IMG/VR virus record: IMGVR_UViG_3300028592_000014
Coordinates: 1-54,406 of that record
Reading direction: 5' to 3' (one strand)
Length of the DNA stretch: 54,406 bases
From: a virus
Lineage: Duplodnaviria > Caudoviricetes
In this document: positions 17,863 to 27,589 of the stretch, in pieces
Layout: every line of letters begins with the position of its first letter
How positions within the stretch are numbered: position 1 is the stretch's first letter
Translations under genes and position numbers: made by a program
The notes under the pieces: model-generated
What the model saw: only the letters and a program-made list of their open reading frames with translations
Databases searched by the model: none
Told to the model about the DNA's origin: nothing

Positions 17863-18620
17863 AGGGCCATCAATAACAGTTCGATATCATCATCTTCCGG
17901 CGCGGCCTGCTGTTCCAACCACTTGATCAGCGGGCCAATCCGGTCCTCTTTAATCATCGTGCGTGCGCGCTTCTGTGCTTCCTTGTTGTCAGGGACTTGC
18001 TTCATCAATGCGCTGACGGAGTAAGTTGCTACGGGCTCCGGCTTGATCAACGCCCACTTGCGCGGCTTCGTGCTCTTCTTCGGCTCTGGCCCCTCTTCCT
18101 CGCGGATAGCCTCAAGAAAGTCTTGCGCCTCGCTCAGTGTGTCGAAGAAATGCAGCAGATCACCGCGACGGACATGGAAGCGCCGGCGACGGTGCGGGCG
18201 GCCAACGGCAGTGCCTTTTATCTGCCCTGCGATGCTGATCGTTTCTGCTGCCTCAGTCCATGACGCCACGCCGGTTACAGGAGGCGCGCCTTCTCCTACC
18301 GTAATGTCTGAGGTCGTGGAGCCGCGCAGGACCGCATTAACGAGCAGCCGATAATCGAACTCGTAATAACCATCCGGCGCATCGGTGAACGACAGAGCGC
18401 CGGTTTCGTATGGTTTAAAGTTGCCGGCGCTCGGCTTCCTGGTGACCTGCCACAGCAGTTCCTTGTCTTCATCACCGGGCAGCAGGTCATTCAGCAGAGG
18501 GCTATCTTCTTCGCCGGTCAGCGCCAGAATTTCTGATCCGAGCACGCCACGGCCACCGCGCCCCCAATGGAATCGGTTCTCGCGGTTCGGGAGCTTCCCA
18601 CCGTATGCGAACGTTTTCAT
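17859..18620 (-). CDS. Hypothetical virion-associated protein (Ig-like N-part, WTEAA repeat, EDDDIELLL tail)
   Basis: Coupled ORF; motif shared with its neighbour. Confidence 0.7.
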   Translation of the reverse strand: MKTFAYGGKLPNRENRFHWGRGGRGVLGSEILALTGEEDSPLLNDLLPGDEDKELLWQVTRKPSAGNFKPYETGALSFTDAPDGYYEFDYRLLVNAVLRGSTTSDITVGEGAPPVTGVASWTEAAETISIAGQIKGTAVGRPHRRRRFHVRRGDLLHFFDTLSEAQDFLEAIREEEGPEPKKSTKPRKWALIKPEPVATYSVSALMKQVPDNKEAQKRARTMIKEDRIGPLIKWLEQQAAPEDDDIELLLMAL

Positions 18621-19693
18621 TGCGCTTGGTACCTATCGATGCCGCGAATGGTGCCGTCTTCGTTGAAGCAGGCCACTATGTACCATTCGCCGAATTCAAG
18701 CGCCGCGTCACTGATGGCGAGCCGCCCGGTGCTCGCATCCGTCACTTGATCGGCCAGACTCAGAACCACCGTCCGATCGAGCGCAACAACCATCACGTTA
18801 GGAATCGTCTCGCTGGTAATCGCAGCCTCATCCACCCAATTTGCAAACGGATCGGTCGTGATCGTCGCCACGTCGCTGGCAACGTTGCCCGTCACAGAAA
18901 CCGTATCTGCCGCCTCGGTCCAGGCGATCGTTCCAATCACGCCGCTGATTTCAACCTCACCGGTTGCCGCAACGGTGTCGGCAGCTTCTGTCCAGGAGAT
19001 TGTGCCGGTTACGGCAGCAGGGGCATCAAGCAAACCGCGCAGATTATCGGCACCGGGCGCACATTCGGAATTTGGCTTCTGATCACTCCATATAACGATG
19101 TCCTCGATGTCTTGCACGAGACTGTTTTGACCACCGACCAGCAGCCTATCAAGCGTAGTGTTTAGCGTTGCGTTATTTGCCGTCCAGTCTGGATCAGTGT
19201 TAAGCCGACCGACTTTTTCCTTCCAAACGTCGAGAACTTCGTTGCCAGAGCCGTTCGTACTGATCCGCAGAATGTACGTTGTCATGGCAGTGCCAAACGC
19301 ACCTATCGGTATATTTGCAATCCCCGAGGATGCATATCGAGCGCGAATATTGCCCGTGCCGCTTTGGGTCAATCCGAAGTTGGTATTCGCGTCCCCGTTT
19401 TTGTACATCTGGACAAAAGGAACGAAACCGGTACCACCAGACGGCGCGGTTACAATCTTGAGCCGGATTGCAATCGTGAAGCCGCCGCTGGCATTTGCCA
19501 CGGTGATGGCCTTCGATATGCCTGTTGCAATCGAATCCGCGCCGGAGTTTCGCCAATTCGCAAGGCCGCTATCGCCGGTCACGATGCTCAGCGTGCCACC
19601 GGTCAGGATGTCGCTGTTGTTCAGCTCATTGTGCGCAGTGGTATCGCCGAAATTTGGCTTCAAACGATAGATAATGTTGTCGGAGAACGCCAT
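18617..19693 (-). CDS. LamG/concanavalin-like domain protein with two WTEAADT repeats
   Basis: FTIAIRLK...LLVGG...IEDIVIWS pattern. Confidence 0.6.
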   Translation of the reverse strand: MAFSDNIIYRLKPNFGDTTAHNELNNSDILTGGTLSIVTGDSGLANWRNSGADSIATGISKAITVANASGGFTIAIRLKIVTAPSGGTGFVPFVQMYKNGDANTNFGLTQSGTGNIRARYASSGIANIPIGAFGTAMTTYILRISTNGSGNEVLDVWKEKVGRLNTDPDWTANNATLNTTLDRLLVGGQNSLVQDIEDIVIWSDQKPNSECAPGADNLRGLLDAPAAVTGTISWTEAADTVAATGEVEISGVIGTIAWTEAADTVSVTGNVASDVATITTDPFANWVDEAAITSETIPNVMVVALDRTVVLSLADQVTDASTGRLAISDAALEFGEWYIVACFNEDGTIRGIDRYQAQ

Positions 19694-20836
19694 TTATGCA
19701 CACCTCAAGGCTTGCAAAGCACTTGTCCAATTTGCCAACGAAACAACAACATCCAAGGCGGGAATATATTGAACCCGGCCCCACCAGTTATTTGTAGGCG
19801 TATGCAGGGAATCGCCAGTCGGCGTGACTTGAGTAACGGAGAAATCCGATAGATCAACGCGGAAAATCGTGGAGGCGTTCGTGTATAGGTACACGACATT
19901 TCTTGTCGTATCGTGAGCGCGGCCCCAACCTGGTTGCGTGCCGCTCATTGCGCTGGTGAGCGCAGATGCTCCCGATCCCGAAAGTGTGGCCGTGGTTTTG
20001 CTGCCACCACCAAGCGGGTAATACACGACGCCGCCAGATGCTCTACCAGCAAACCGAACCAATCGATTGTTGACCGCATCAACCACAAGCGCGGCGCCTT
20101 GACCTTCCGTGCCGGACAGATCAACTACATCGCTTGCCGTCTTGGTCGTGACATTGAAAATGCTTATTCGATTGTCCGTGTCCCAGACGTAGATATTCCC
20201 CGTTTCAGGATGCTGAGCAGAGGCGGTTTCCGATCCGGTTATTCTCGGCATCGGCCCATATTCCTCAGGCTCCCATTCGCGGCCTTCCATGGTGAAAGCA
20301 TCAATTGCCGTTGTCCGGACATCAGCAGAACCACCAAACGGAGCGCCGTTATATGCGAACCCCATGTTTCCATTCAGCCGGAGAAACTTGTCCTGTCCGT
20401 CTATGTTTGCGACGAACATGGCGTAGTAGGTGTGACGGCTGGTAGGCATGCCATCGGCGTAGTAGTTAGAGCCACCCAATACGTTTGCTGCCAAAGTGCG
20501 TTCTATCAGCAAATCCCAAGATGGTGAGTCGGCGGCTAGATCGGTATCGCCAATTTCATTCCCGCCATAGCCATCATGCCCGCCGCCGTGGATGCCAAAC
20601 CTCGTTCTATATCGAAAACCGCCACACCACGCATTTACCATATCCCGTTGGTTTCCCATCGATCCAGAAACAGCCGGAACAAGACCGGCTGCGGAACTTG
20701 GAGCAGTTCCCGAAATGGTGATGAGCTGGTGAGGCGCAGCGCCAGCAAGCCACGCTGGTGGTGGCGGCGAAGGCGGCAACATCCCCGCGGACAGCGCCCC
20801 GCCGCTCGGAATAACGTAGTGATCAGCTACCGGCAT
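19694..20836 (-). CDS. Kelch-like beta-propeller protein
   Basis: NAWCGG, HGGGHDGYGGNE, PTSRHTY, WGR.QY.P motifs. Confidence 0.65.
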   Translation of the reverse strand: MPVADHYVIPSGGALSAGMLPPSPPPPAWLAGAAPHQLITISGTAPSSAAGLVPAVSGSMGNQRDMVNAWCGGFRYRTRFGIHGGGHDGYGGNEIGDTDLAADSPSWDLLIERTLAANVLGGSNYYADGMPTSRHTYYAMFVANIDGQDKFLRLNGNMGFAYNGAPFGGSADVRTTAIDAFTMEGREWEPEEYGPMPRITGSETASAQHPETGNIYVWDTDNRISIFNVTTKTASDVVDLSGTEGQGAALVVDAVNNRLVRFAGRASGGVVYYPLGGGSKTTATLSGSGASALTSAMSGTQPGWGRAHDTTRNVVYLYTNASTIFRVDLSDFSVTQVTPTGDSLHTPTNNWWGRVQYIPALDVVVSLANWTSALQALRCA

Positions 20837-20840
20837 GTCG

Positions 20841-21236
20841 TTACGTGTTGCCGTCCGTGATCGTGAAATCGGTGATGCTTACGTCACCGCCCGATGTGAT
20901 CGAGGTCGTGTTGAGGATGACATTGGCGGCAGATGTCCCGACTGTCACATCGATGCAGGCCGTCGTTCCGTCTGCTTTGAGGATGCGGCCCCAGGTTGCC
21001 GTGCCACTAGCAAGGCCGGTTACATCGGCGGGAAGTGTCACGTCCTGCACCCCATTGTCTGCAGCAGGCGCAAACGGGCTTCCAAGGGTGAATTCCGCGA
21101 GCTTGGTTTGCGTCGAGATTGCACCGCCGCCCGAAGGCTTTGTGCCGTTATAGATGCGCAGTAGCCCCGCGTTGCCAATAATCGTCGCGTTCGCGTCCAA
21201 CTTCGCATTGCGCATTTCTTCTGAGTACCAAGGCAT
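20841..21236 (-). CDS. Small beta-rich phage structural protein
   Basis: LRIYNGTKP, GTATWGR; GGAG SD. Confidence 0.7.
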   Translation of the reverse strand: MPWYSEEMRNAKLDANATIIGNAGLLRIYNGTKPSGGGAISTQTKLAEFTLGSPFAPAADNGVQDVTLPADVTGLASGTATWGRILKADGTTACIDVTVGTSAANVILNTTSITSGGDVSITDFTITDGNT

Positions 21237-21295
21237 GTTTGCTCCCTACAAATGAAAACGGCACCCGAAGGTGCCGACTGTGGTGTGTTTAAGGT

Positions 21296-23599
21296 TTATC
21301 CGAGTCCGGTTGCCCTGCCGCTCTGATCGCGGACCACAGGACGCCCATTGACGTGCGTAACGCGCCCGTCTGGACCGCGCTGCAACTGGATTTGTCGCGG
21401 GCCGGCCATCATCTGCTTGATTTCGTCGTGACGTTGGCTCAATACCTGCTGCTGCTCGAACATCTGCTGCAGGCCGGTGTTGACCTCGGCCATCAGGTCG
21501 GCAAGGGTCTGCCTCGGGCGGAGGTTGCCATCGTCGCCGTACTCTGTCGGGCTGTCCGGGCTGATGTTTTGGTTGAGCGTGAGCGAGGTTTGCTTGAGCG
21601 ATGTCTTTGCCTGCATTTCGGCCTCGGCCAGCTTCGTCCGCTGCTCCATTTCGGTTTGCCAGCGGTCGAACTCCAACTGCTTTTCTTGCTTCTGCATCTC
21701 GACGTTTGCATCGAGTTGCGCCTTTTGCAGCGTGACTTGCCCCTTTGCCTGCTCGACCTCGACCATAGGATTCGGCGGCGGCTTGCGGTTCGCCATCATC
21801 TGCTGGAACTCTGGGCTGTCGGGCGACATGGCATACTTCTCTGGCATATCGAAACCGAGCGTGTTGCAGATGTCTTCGAACATCTCGAACGCCTGTTTCG
21901 GGCCGACCAAGTTCATCGCGGCAAGTTTGTCTTGCAGTCCGGACAGCAGTAGCAGCTTCTGGCGCTTCTCTTCCTCGTTGCCGGTGCCAAGGCCGACACG
22001 CGCCGTCAAATCGGTACGCTCGCGCCATTCCTGCGGATTCACCGGCACCCAATTGCCCCGCATCTTGACGACGCGCGCCTTGTCCTGGTGCTGGATCAGC
22101 AGCGCATGTACTTGGAGCATGAGTTCCTTGATGCCTGTTTCCGCGATCAACCGAACGATCATTTCGATTTTCTGTGTAGCGCGGTTCAGGTTTTCAAGGA
22201 AAGCGCCCTTCGTGCTCTGCTTCAGAATGTCAGGATCAAGTCCGGTCGAGGCGCGGGAAATACCTGTGCGGCTTTCCTTCACGCCGTTGAAGAAGTCCAC
22301 CACCGGCAGGATTTGGTCAACGATCGGCGTCGTAATCAGCGGCATAACGGCGTCACCAACCGGCCCCTCACCCTTGATGCGCTTGATCCCACCCGGCAGG
22401 GACTGCATGAAGTCCACCAGATTGGCGCGCTCGTTGACCATGATCTGCTGATTGTTGGTCAGATAGATGTTGTCGAGCAGTTGCCGCAGCAGGACGGTCT
22501 TGATTTCCTGCAGGTCGGCCAGCTCATCATCGAGCGATTCACCAACGTGTCGATGCGGCATGCGTTTCGCCACAAATCCGGTCATCGGCATTGCCGTCAA
22601 TGTTTCGTTCCACTCTTCACCGGGCGGCAACTTGTCCGCGACGGTCACCACCTTGCGCAGCTCTGCAATGCCGTCACCATCCCAATCGACGCGCAAATAA
22701 GCCTCGCAATACTCGATTTCATCCATGGAGCGATCGACAATCGCGGCGCCCGATACATCGCGCTCATCAGATACAGAATCCCGCGCTATCGTCTCTTGTG
22801 TATTGTCCGCCTCGTTGTATGCCGGCAAGCTATAGGCGAAATCGGCGTCCATGCCCATCTCGATAAGCTCGGAACGGGTCTTGCGGGTCACATGCTCGTT
22901 GAATGGTGAGCCTTGGAGCGATCCTCGGCATTTCTTGGATATCCGCACCTCTTCCGCTGGAACCGCCTCGATGCACACCTTGCCCGTTTTGCGCTTGATC
23001 TGCAGTTTGATGTCGAAGACTTCCAGCGGGACTTCTCCCATCGGCCCGGCCACCATCGCCATGCTTGGCGTAGCTGCTTTTACATCAACTTCCGCGCCAT
23101 CGGCCTGCAGCTCCGTCATGAGTCGCGTGATGTCATCCATCGTCAGGCCGGAATACTCCTCGTCGCTGATCTTTGTTGACTCATCCCAATAGTGCTTCAC
23201 GTAGCCATTGCGCAGCAGCAGCGTGTCCTTGATAGCGTCGTGCAGGATCATGAAGCCCGGATTGTCTTTCATGATCACTTGGTTGGTGTAATCCGACTCC
23301 TGCTGTGCAAGCTCCTCATCCTCGGGACCAACAGGATCAAACTCGCCCAGGCTTCCGGACTGCACAAACACGCGCATGATCGCCGGCATAGCCCAATCCA
23401 CGGCCTCGGCAAGATCGCGGCTCACAACCTGCGAGCGGCCTTCCTGCTCGTTGCCGTAGGGCCGGCCATGGTAGTGATCCATGGCGCGAGCACGATCGTT
23501 CGACAGGTCGCCATCCTCGGCGCCCAGCGAATCACGCCTGTGCGATCGGATGATCGACAGCAGATCGTTGCTTGTGAGCTTTTGAACGGTCTTTTTCAC
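21296..23599 (-). CDS. Portal protein with C-terminal coiled-coil barrel
   Basis: 767 aa after terminase; AEAVDWAMP.IMR.F, Gln-rich tail. Confidence 0.9.
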   Translation of the reverse strand: MKKTVQKLTSNDLLSIIRSHRRDSLGAEDGDLSNDRARAMDHYHGRPYGNEQEGRSQVVSRDLAEAVDWAMPAIMRVFVQSGSLGEFDPVGPEDEELAQQESDYTNQVIMKDNPGFMILHDAIKDTLLLRNGYVKHYWDESTKISDEEYSGLTMDDITRLMTELQADGAEVDVKAATPSMAMVAGPMGEVPLEVFDIKLQIKRKTGKVCIEAVPAEEVRISKKCRGSLQGSPFNEHVTRKTRSELIEMGMDADFAYSLPAYNEADNTQETIARDSVSDERDVSGAAIVDRSMDEIEYCEAYLRVDWDGDGIAELRKVVTVADKLPPGEEWNETLTAMPMTGFVAKRMPHRHVGESLDDELADLQEIKTVLLRQLLDNIYLTNNQQIMVNERANLVDFMQSLPGGIKRIKGEGPVGDAVMPLITTPIVDQILPVVDFFNGVKESRTGISRASTGLDPDILKQSTKGAFLENLNRATQKIEMIVRLIAETGIKELMLQVHALLIQHQDKARVVKMRGNWVPVNPQEWRERTDLTARVGLGTGNEEEKRQKLLLLSGLQDKLAAMNLVGPKQAFEMFEDICNTLGFDMPEKYAMSPDSPEFQQMMANRKPPPNPMVEVEQAKGQVTLQKAQLDANVEMQKQEKQLEFDRWQTEMEQRTKLAEAEMQAKTSLKQTSLTLNQNISPDSPTEYGDDGNLRPRQTLADLMAEVNTGLQQMFEQQQVLSQRHDEIKQMMAGPRQIQLQRGPDGRVTHVNGRPVVRDQSGRATGLG

Positions 23600-23958
23600 A
23601 GGTATTTCTCGAAGCCGTCAGCAGGGAGCGAGAGGGAACCGAGATAGTCTTGATAGCCGTGATGAATCAGCGCGGCCTTGATGCGTGTGACGCGATCGAC
23701 TAGCGGCAAGCTGATGGACTGGCCGTCCCAAATGCGCAGCGCGAGTGCGTTCATCGTTGCGGCGGCTGATTCTTCGGCCTCGCGGCGAGCGGCTTCCTTG
23801 GCCTTTGCTTCGGCCTCGGCCTGCTCCTGCGCTGCGCGTTCCTCTTCGGCCTTTTTCGCTGCCTCGGCTTGCGCAGCAACTACGGCCGCATCAGCTTCCG
23901 GTTGCGCAACCACCTCTTGCGCCGGCTGCTCTTCGACCTTCTTTTTGCCCTTGGTCAT
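23596..23958 (-). CDS. Hypothetical Ala/Glu-rich protein
   Basis: Coupled between terL and portal. Confidence 0.7.
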   Translation of the reverse strand: MTKGKKKVEEQPAQEVVAQPEADAAVVAAQAEAAKKAEEERAAQEQAEAEAKAKEAARREAEESAAATMNALALRIWDGQSISLPLVDRVTRIKAALIHHGYQDYLGSLSLPADGFEKYL

Positions 23959-25367
23959 ACGATTCCTCTGTTGTTGATTGGAACTGGTTTATCCCATCCA
24001 GCCGGCTTGTTTGTTCCGGCTCTGTCACTTGCAAATGTCAGCAACCACGCATCGGCCAGATTGGGACTCTTCACGCCGCGCGCTTTCATCTCATCCTTGC
24101 CTTCGACCTTGATCAGCCCGTTCGACATCACCTTGTAGGTTGGCGTTGTTAGCTCGCCTATCAACTCGTCGTCGTCACACAGATGACAGTCCATCGATTC
24201 AAGCCACTCGCGGCCCTTCCACCACAGTTCATCGCGCAATCGGGAGAACTGTCGTTCGCCAGCATTCACCGCTGCAGCCTCGGCAACGTTGACGCCATAA
24301 ACCGGCAGGTTGAGTTCCGTCAGGCGGTCCACCACGCCAGCGCCAATGCCGATCACATCGATGTTGATCGAGGCGGGCCGCTTCTTCTCTGGCGTTGCAT
24401 CCCACTCAGCCTTAATCAATCCGGCTGTCTGCATCGTGTCCTTGCCGTACCATTCGCGGGCTTTTTCAATCTGGTGATTACCCTGACGCTTCGCCAGCGC
24501 GGTAGAGTCATCGCCGAAGCGCGCCACATCCAGCCCCCAGATGATCGGAGCCTTGGCATTCAATGCCACCTCGCGAATCTTCGCGGCCTCGCACAATTCG
24601 AGCGAAATAACGCCGTCAACAGCGGCTGCAAAATCGCCTCTCACACGGACCTTGTAGATGGATGATTCGACGCCATACTTTTTCCTCATGCTTGCAACGT
24701 AGGCTTTCGACACGCGCTTGCATGTCTCGCCGTTTACATGGAGCGCCCCCCATTCAGCACGCATCTTGTGATGACTGTCGAAGAAGTAGCCGCTTTGCCG
24801 CGTGGGGTTTGCAGCCATGACCACAAAAGCGCCGTCCGTCGATAAGGCGCCCTCGGCAACCTCGAACACGTTGTCTGAGACGCCCGATGCTTCATCAATC
24901 AGGAACAGGATGTTTTCAGAGTGGAAGCCTTGCAGCGCTTCCGGCTTTTCCGGCCTGGATGTTCGAGCAACCGCGAATGATTCACTTGGGTTCGACTTCA
25001 ACTTGAATGAACCCGCCGACCATTCAAATTCACTACCAAGCGCCGGCAAGTTATCCGACAGAATGCGATGCCACTTCGCTAGCTCTGCCCACAGCACGTC
25101 TTCCAACTGGTGGCCCGTCGGCGCAGTCGCAGGCACCTTGCACGGGAAATAGCAGATGCAGAACCACAGAATGCACCACGCCATGAACGTGGACTTGCCA
25201 ACGCCGTGGCCGGATCGGATGGACAGCTTGCGGCGCTCGACAAGTATCTTGCTCGCCGTCCATTGCCATTCATCTGGCTCAGCCCTCAGCGCTTCCTTTG
25301 CAAACTGTGCCGGTCCACCTTCACGCCAGCGTTTAATGGCCTTTTGCGTCGGCGTCAGCGGCTTCAT
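23955..25367 (-). CDS. terL: Terminase large subunit
   Basis: SGHGVGKS Walker A, LIDEASG Walker B, GLDVARFGDD and SPNLADA nuclease motifs. Confidence 0.96.
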   Translation of the reverse strand: MKPLTPTQKAIKRWREGGPAQFAKEALRAEPDEWQWTASKILVERRKLSIRSGHGVGKSTFMAWCILWFCICYFPCKVPATAPTGHQLEDVLWAELAKWHRILSDNLPALGSEFEWSAGSFKLKSNPSESFAVARTSRPEKPEALQGFHSENILFLIDEASGVSDNVFEVAEGALSTDGAFVVMAANPTRQSGYFFDSHHKMRAEWGALHVNGETCKRVSKAYVASMRKKYGVESSIYKVRVRGDFAAAVDGVISLELCEAAKIREVALNAKAPIIWGLDVARFGDDSTALAKRQGNHQIEKAREWYGKDTMQTAGLIKAEWDATPEKKRPASINIDVIGIGAGVVDRLTELNLPVYGVNVAEAAAVNAGERQFSRLRDELWWKGREWLESMDCHLCDDDELIGELTTPTYKVMSNGLIKVEGKDEMKARGVKSPNLADAWLLTFASDRAGTNKPAGWDKPVPINNRGIV

Positions 25368-25668
25368 TCAGCTCGTTCAACTCTTCAGCCAACGTTCGCG
25401 TGGTGACGTTTGCATTCATCTCCACCGCCGACAGCTTCGGATGCACATACGGCGCCGCAGCCTTTGCCGCCTCGAATCTCATCGCATGGAATGCAATCTT
25501 CTGCGCCGGATCGGCACCATCCGGGCATGCTTCATCCCGCATGATTTGCAACATGAATTCGAGCGGCGTCAGACCTTCACTGGCAGCCCTGTCCGCGATC
25601 TCTCGCGTTCTCGTATTGGCGCTGCCTGCCCTGCGGCCTGCGCCATCGCGCTTTCCACCACGAGGCAT
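25333..25668 (-). CDS. terS: Terminase small subunit-like protein
   Basis: RGGKRDGAGR, TPLEFML, AAKAAAPYVHPKL; overlaps the terL start. Confidence 0.75.
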   Translation of the reverse strand: MPRGGKRDGAGRRAGSANTRTREIADRAASEGLTPLEFMLQIMRDEACPDGADPAQKIAFHAMRFEAAKAAAPYVHPKLSAVEMNANVTTRTLAEELNELNEAADADAKGH

Positions 25669-25705
25669 TTTTGATTTCCTTTGATTTTCTTTGATTCTTT
25701 TCAAT

Positions 25706-25737
25706 AAAAAAGCCCGAACACCTTTCGATGTCCGGGC
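25706..25737 (-). terminator. Intrinsic terminator before the packaging genes
   Basis: GCCCGGACA/TGTTCGGGC stem plus T6. Confidence 0.75.
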
Positions 25738-25771
25738 GAGGTCCACGCTGGTGGCGTGAAGGAGACTCTGT

Positions 25772-25939
25772 TCAGTAAAACCCAATCTTGCGCGGTGCCG
25801 GCTGCTCAACCGGCTTGCCTGTCACTTCCTCGATAACCTTGTGCAGCTGGTCGATCACGCTTTCTTCCGGCGTGCGGTCGCTGATCGCATGCGCCGAACC
25901 TGTTGCCCACGGCGTCCAGAACTCGCCCCAGTCATCCAT
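25772..25939 (-). CDS. Hypothetical protein (55 aa, ends RKIGFY)
   Basis: ATG 25939 follows a 22-codon ORF. Confidence 0.5.
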   Translation of the reverse strand: MDDWGEFWTPWATGSAHAISDRTPEESVIDQLHKVIEEVTGKPVEQPAPRKIGFY

Positions 25940-26047
25940 CGTTACCGGCCTCGTGGAATGAGATTCCACCCAAGGCGTTCACGCACCCGCTGATTCTCTT
26001 CGTGGCTCATGTTCGGCTCCAGAATGCAAAAGCCCCTCGCCAATCAC

Positions 26048-26590
26048 TCAGCAAGGGGCTTTCTCGCTCCCTCCGGAGACAGCGACGCCCTCCCTCTGGG
26101 CATCGCTCGTCGTACCGGACGGAATCAAGTTGTTGAACGGAATTGTAGTGCTACGGGAAACAGTGTCAAGAAGTTTCTCAATCGCACTCTCAGCCGCGAA
26201 CAGCTCAGCCTTGAAATGCGACGCCGGCCACTGCCTGATGCCCATCTTCCGGCAGATGACAGCGGGTTGAGCGTTCATGACGTAGCACCACCGCAGGATT
26301 GATTGCTGGCGCGCTGGCAGGCGAATGAATGCAGATGTGACGGCCTTGGCGTCCTCGATTTCGCTGCTCGTCATTGAGCGCATGCCGCCGCTTGTCTCAC
26401 GCCAACCGGCAGGCCCGGTTGCCGACGTAGCCAGCACGTTGCAGATCACGCCAGTCATGCACTTGTAGCCTTGGCCGCCATACGGCGATGCCGATCGCGT
26501 TTCCTTCGCGCGCATGCCTCCACCGCCAGGACGATTGCCGCCGCGCTGGTAGCGCCCCCAGTTTTCCAGGCGGTCGCGGATGTTCGTCAA
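26048..26590 (-). CDS. Late antiterminator Q-like protein
   Basis: RLENWG N-terminus, sigma region-4-like HTH at the C-terminus, precedes late genes. Confidence 0.7.
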   Translation of the reverse strand: MTNIRDRLENWGRYQRGGNRPGGGGMRAKETRSASPYGGQGYKCMTGVICNVLATSATGPAGWRETSGGMRSMTSSEIEDAKAVTSAFIRLPARQQSILRWCYVMNAQPAVICRKMGIRQWPASHFKAELFAAESAIEKLLDTVSRSTTIPFNNLIPSGTTSDAQREGVAVSGGSEKAPC

Positions 26591-27066
26591 AACGCGCACT
26601 CCTCAAGCGGCTGCTCCTGCTCCCGCGCATAGCTCAGCAGCGCCAGCGCGTCGGCGTGGTTGTCATCGATCGGGTGGAATCCCTTTGCCTTCGCCACTTC
26701 GATCATGTCTGCCTTTTTCGCATTGCCCTTGCCGGTCCAATGCTTCTTGATCGTCGCCGGCTGTATGCCCACCATCCGCACGCGGTTGACCTCGCACCAG
26801 ACCTGCAGCATTGCCAGAAAGCCGCCGAACACTAATGCGGCCTGATGCTGCCCCGGCCCTTGTGTTGCGTGCTCGTAGTAGACGACGTGAATGCCGCCGT
26901 GCTGCTCTCGCGTGTCGCTCAGAAACTGCCGAAACTTGAGCCAGCGCTGTGCATATGCCTCGCCGCGCTTCGGGGCAAACGATTCGCTGCCACCGGTTAT
27001 GCGTCCACCTCGTTGCAGGACGGTCCAGCCGGTTTGCGTGGCGATGTCGAGTGCAAGGATGTTCAA
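26587..27066 (-). CDS. RuvC-like Holliday junction resolvase
   Basis: ILALD..T.TGW, YYE, IKKHWTGKGNAKK, DNHADALA; TTG start behind GAGGGAG. Confidence 0.85.
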   Translation of the reverse strand: MNILALDIATQTGWTVLQRGGRITGGSESFAPKRGEAYAQRWLKFRQFLSDTREQHGGIHVVYYEHATQGPGQHQAALVFGGFLAMLQVWCEVNRVRMVGIQPATIKKHWTGKGNAKKADMIEVAKAKGFHPIDDNHADALALLSYAREQEQPLEECAF

Positions 27067-27217
27067 TGTCTTCTCCCTCGTTGTTGTTGGAAACAGCGGC
27101 CTATCCTCTCGGAAGCGAAGCGCTCGCTTATCGGCCCCTGGCACGGTCACGCAGGTTAAGGTTGTCCCGCGCTCGTGCTGCCGGAGTTTTTGCCCACACC
27201 CGGCTCGGACTCTGACA

Positions 27218-27487
27218 TCAATACCGTAGGAGATTCGCGATCTCGTCAGCCTTCATGTCCAGCATGTTTGCCTTGTCGAACTTCGCGCGCGTCGCTTCCA
27301 GGCGCGCAATCTCCTTCTGCGCGCTCGCAATCTCTTCCCGGCAGTGCTGCAAGCGCCTTTCGATGTTCTCGCCAAGTGTGGGCACTGTCCTTGTGGCGTT
27401 TTGCAAACCGATGGCTTGATTCGATGCGTAAGCCGCGTCGCTGTTGTTCCAGCCCATCCCAGCAATTCCACCAATGCGACCTTCCAT
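27218..27487 (-). CDS. Hypothetical coiled-coil protein
   Basis: AGGAGG SD. Confidence 0.7.
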   Translation of the reverse strand: MEGRIGGIAGMGWNNSDAAYASNQAIGLQNATRTVPTLGENIERRLQHCREEIASAQKEIARLEATRAKFDKANMLDMKADEIANLLRY

Positions 27488-27589
27488 TTCCTCCTCCTTT
27501 CGTTGGTTGTCACTACGTCAAAAAACCCTAAACCGGCATCTCAAGCCTTACCCTCTGCGGTCCAGCTTCGGGCAGCTCTTTGCTGAACT

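Noticed and set aside
4102-25674. Long plus-strand ORFs (e.g. 5224..6021, 15260..16324, 21477..22451)
   Set aside because: Antisense shadows of GC-rich structural genes with no motifs.
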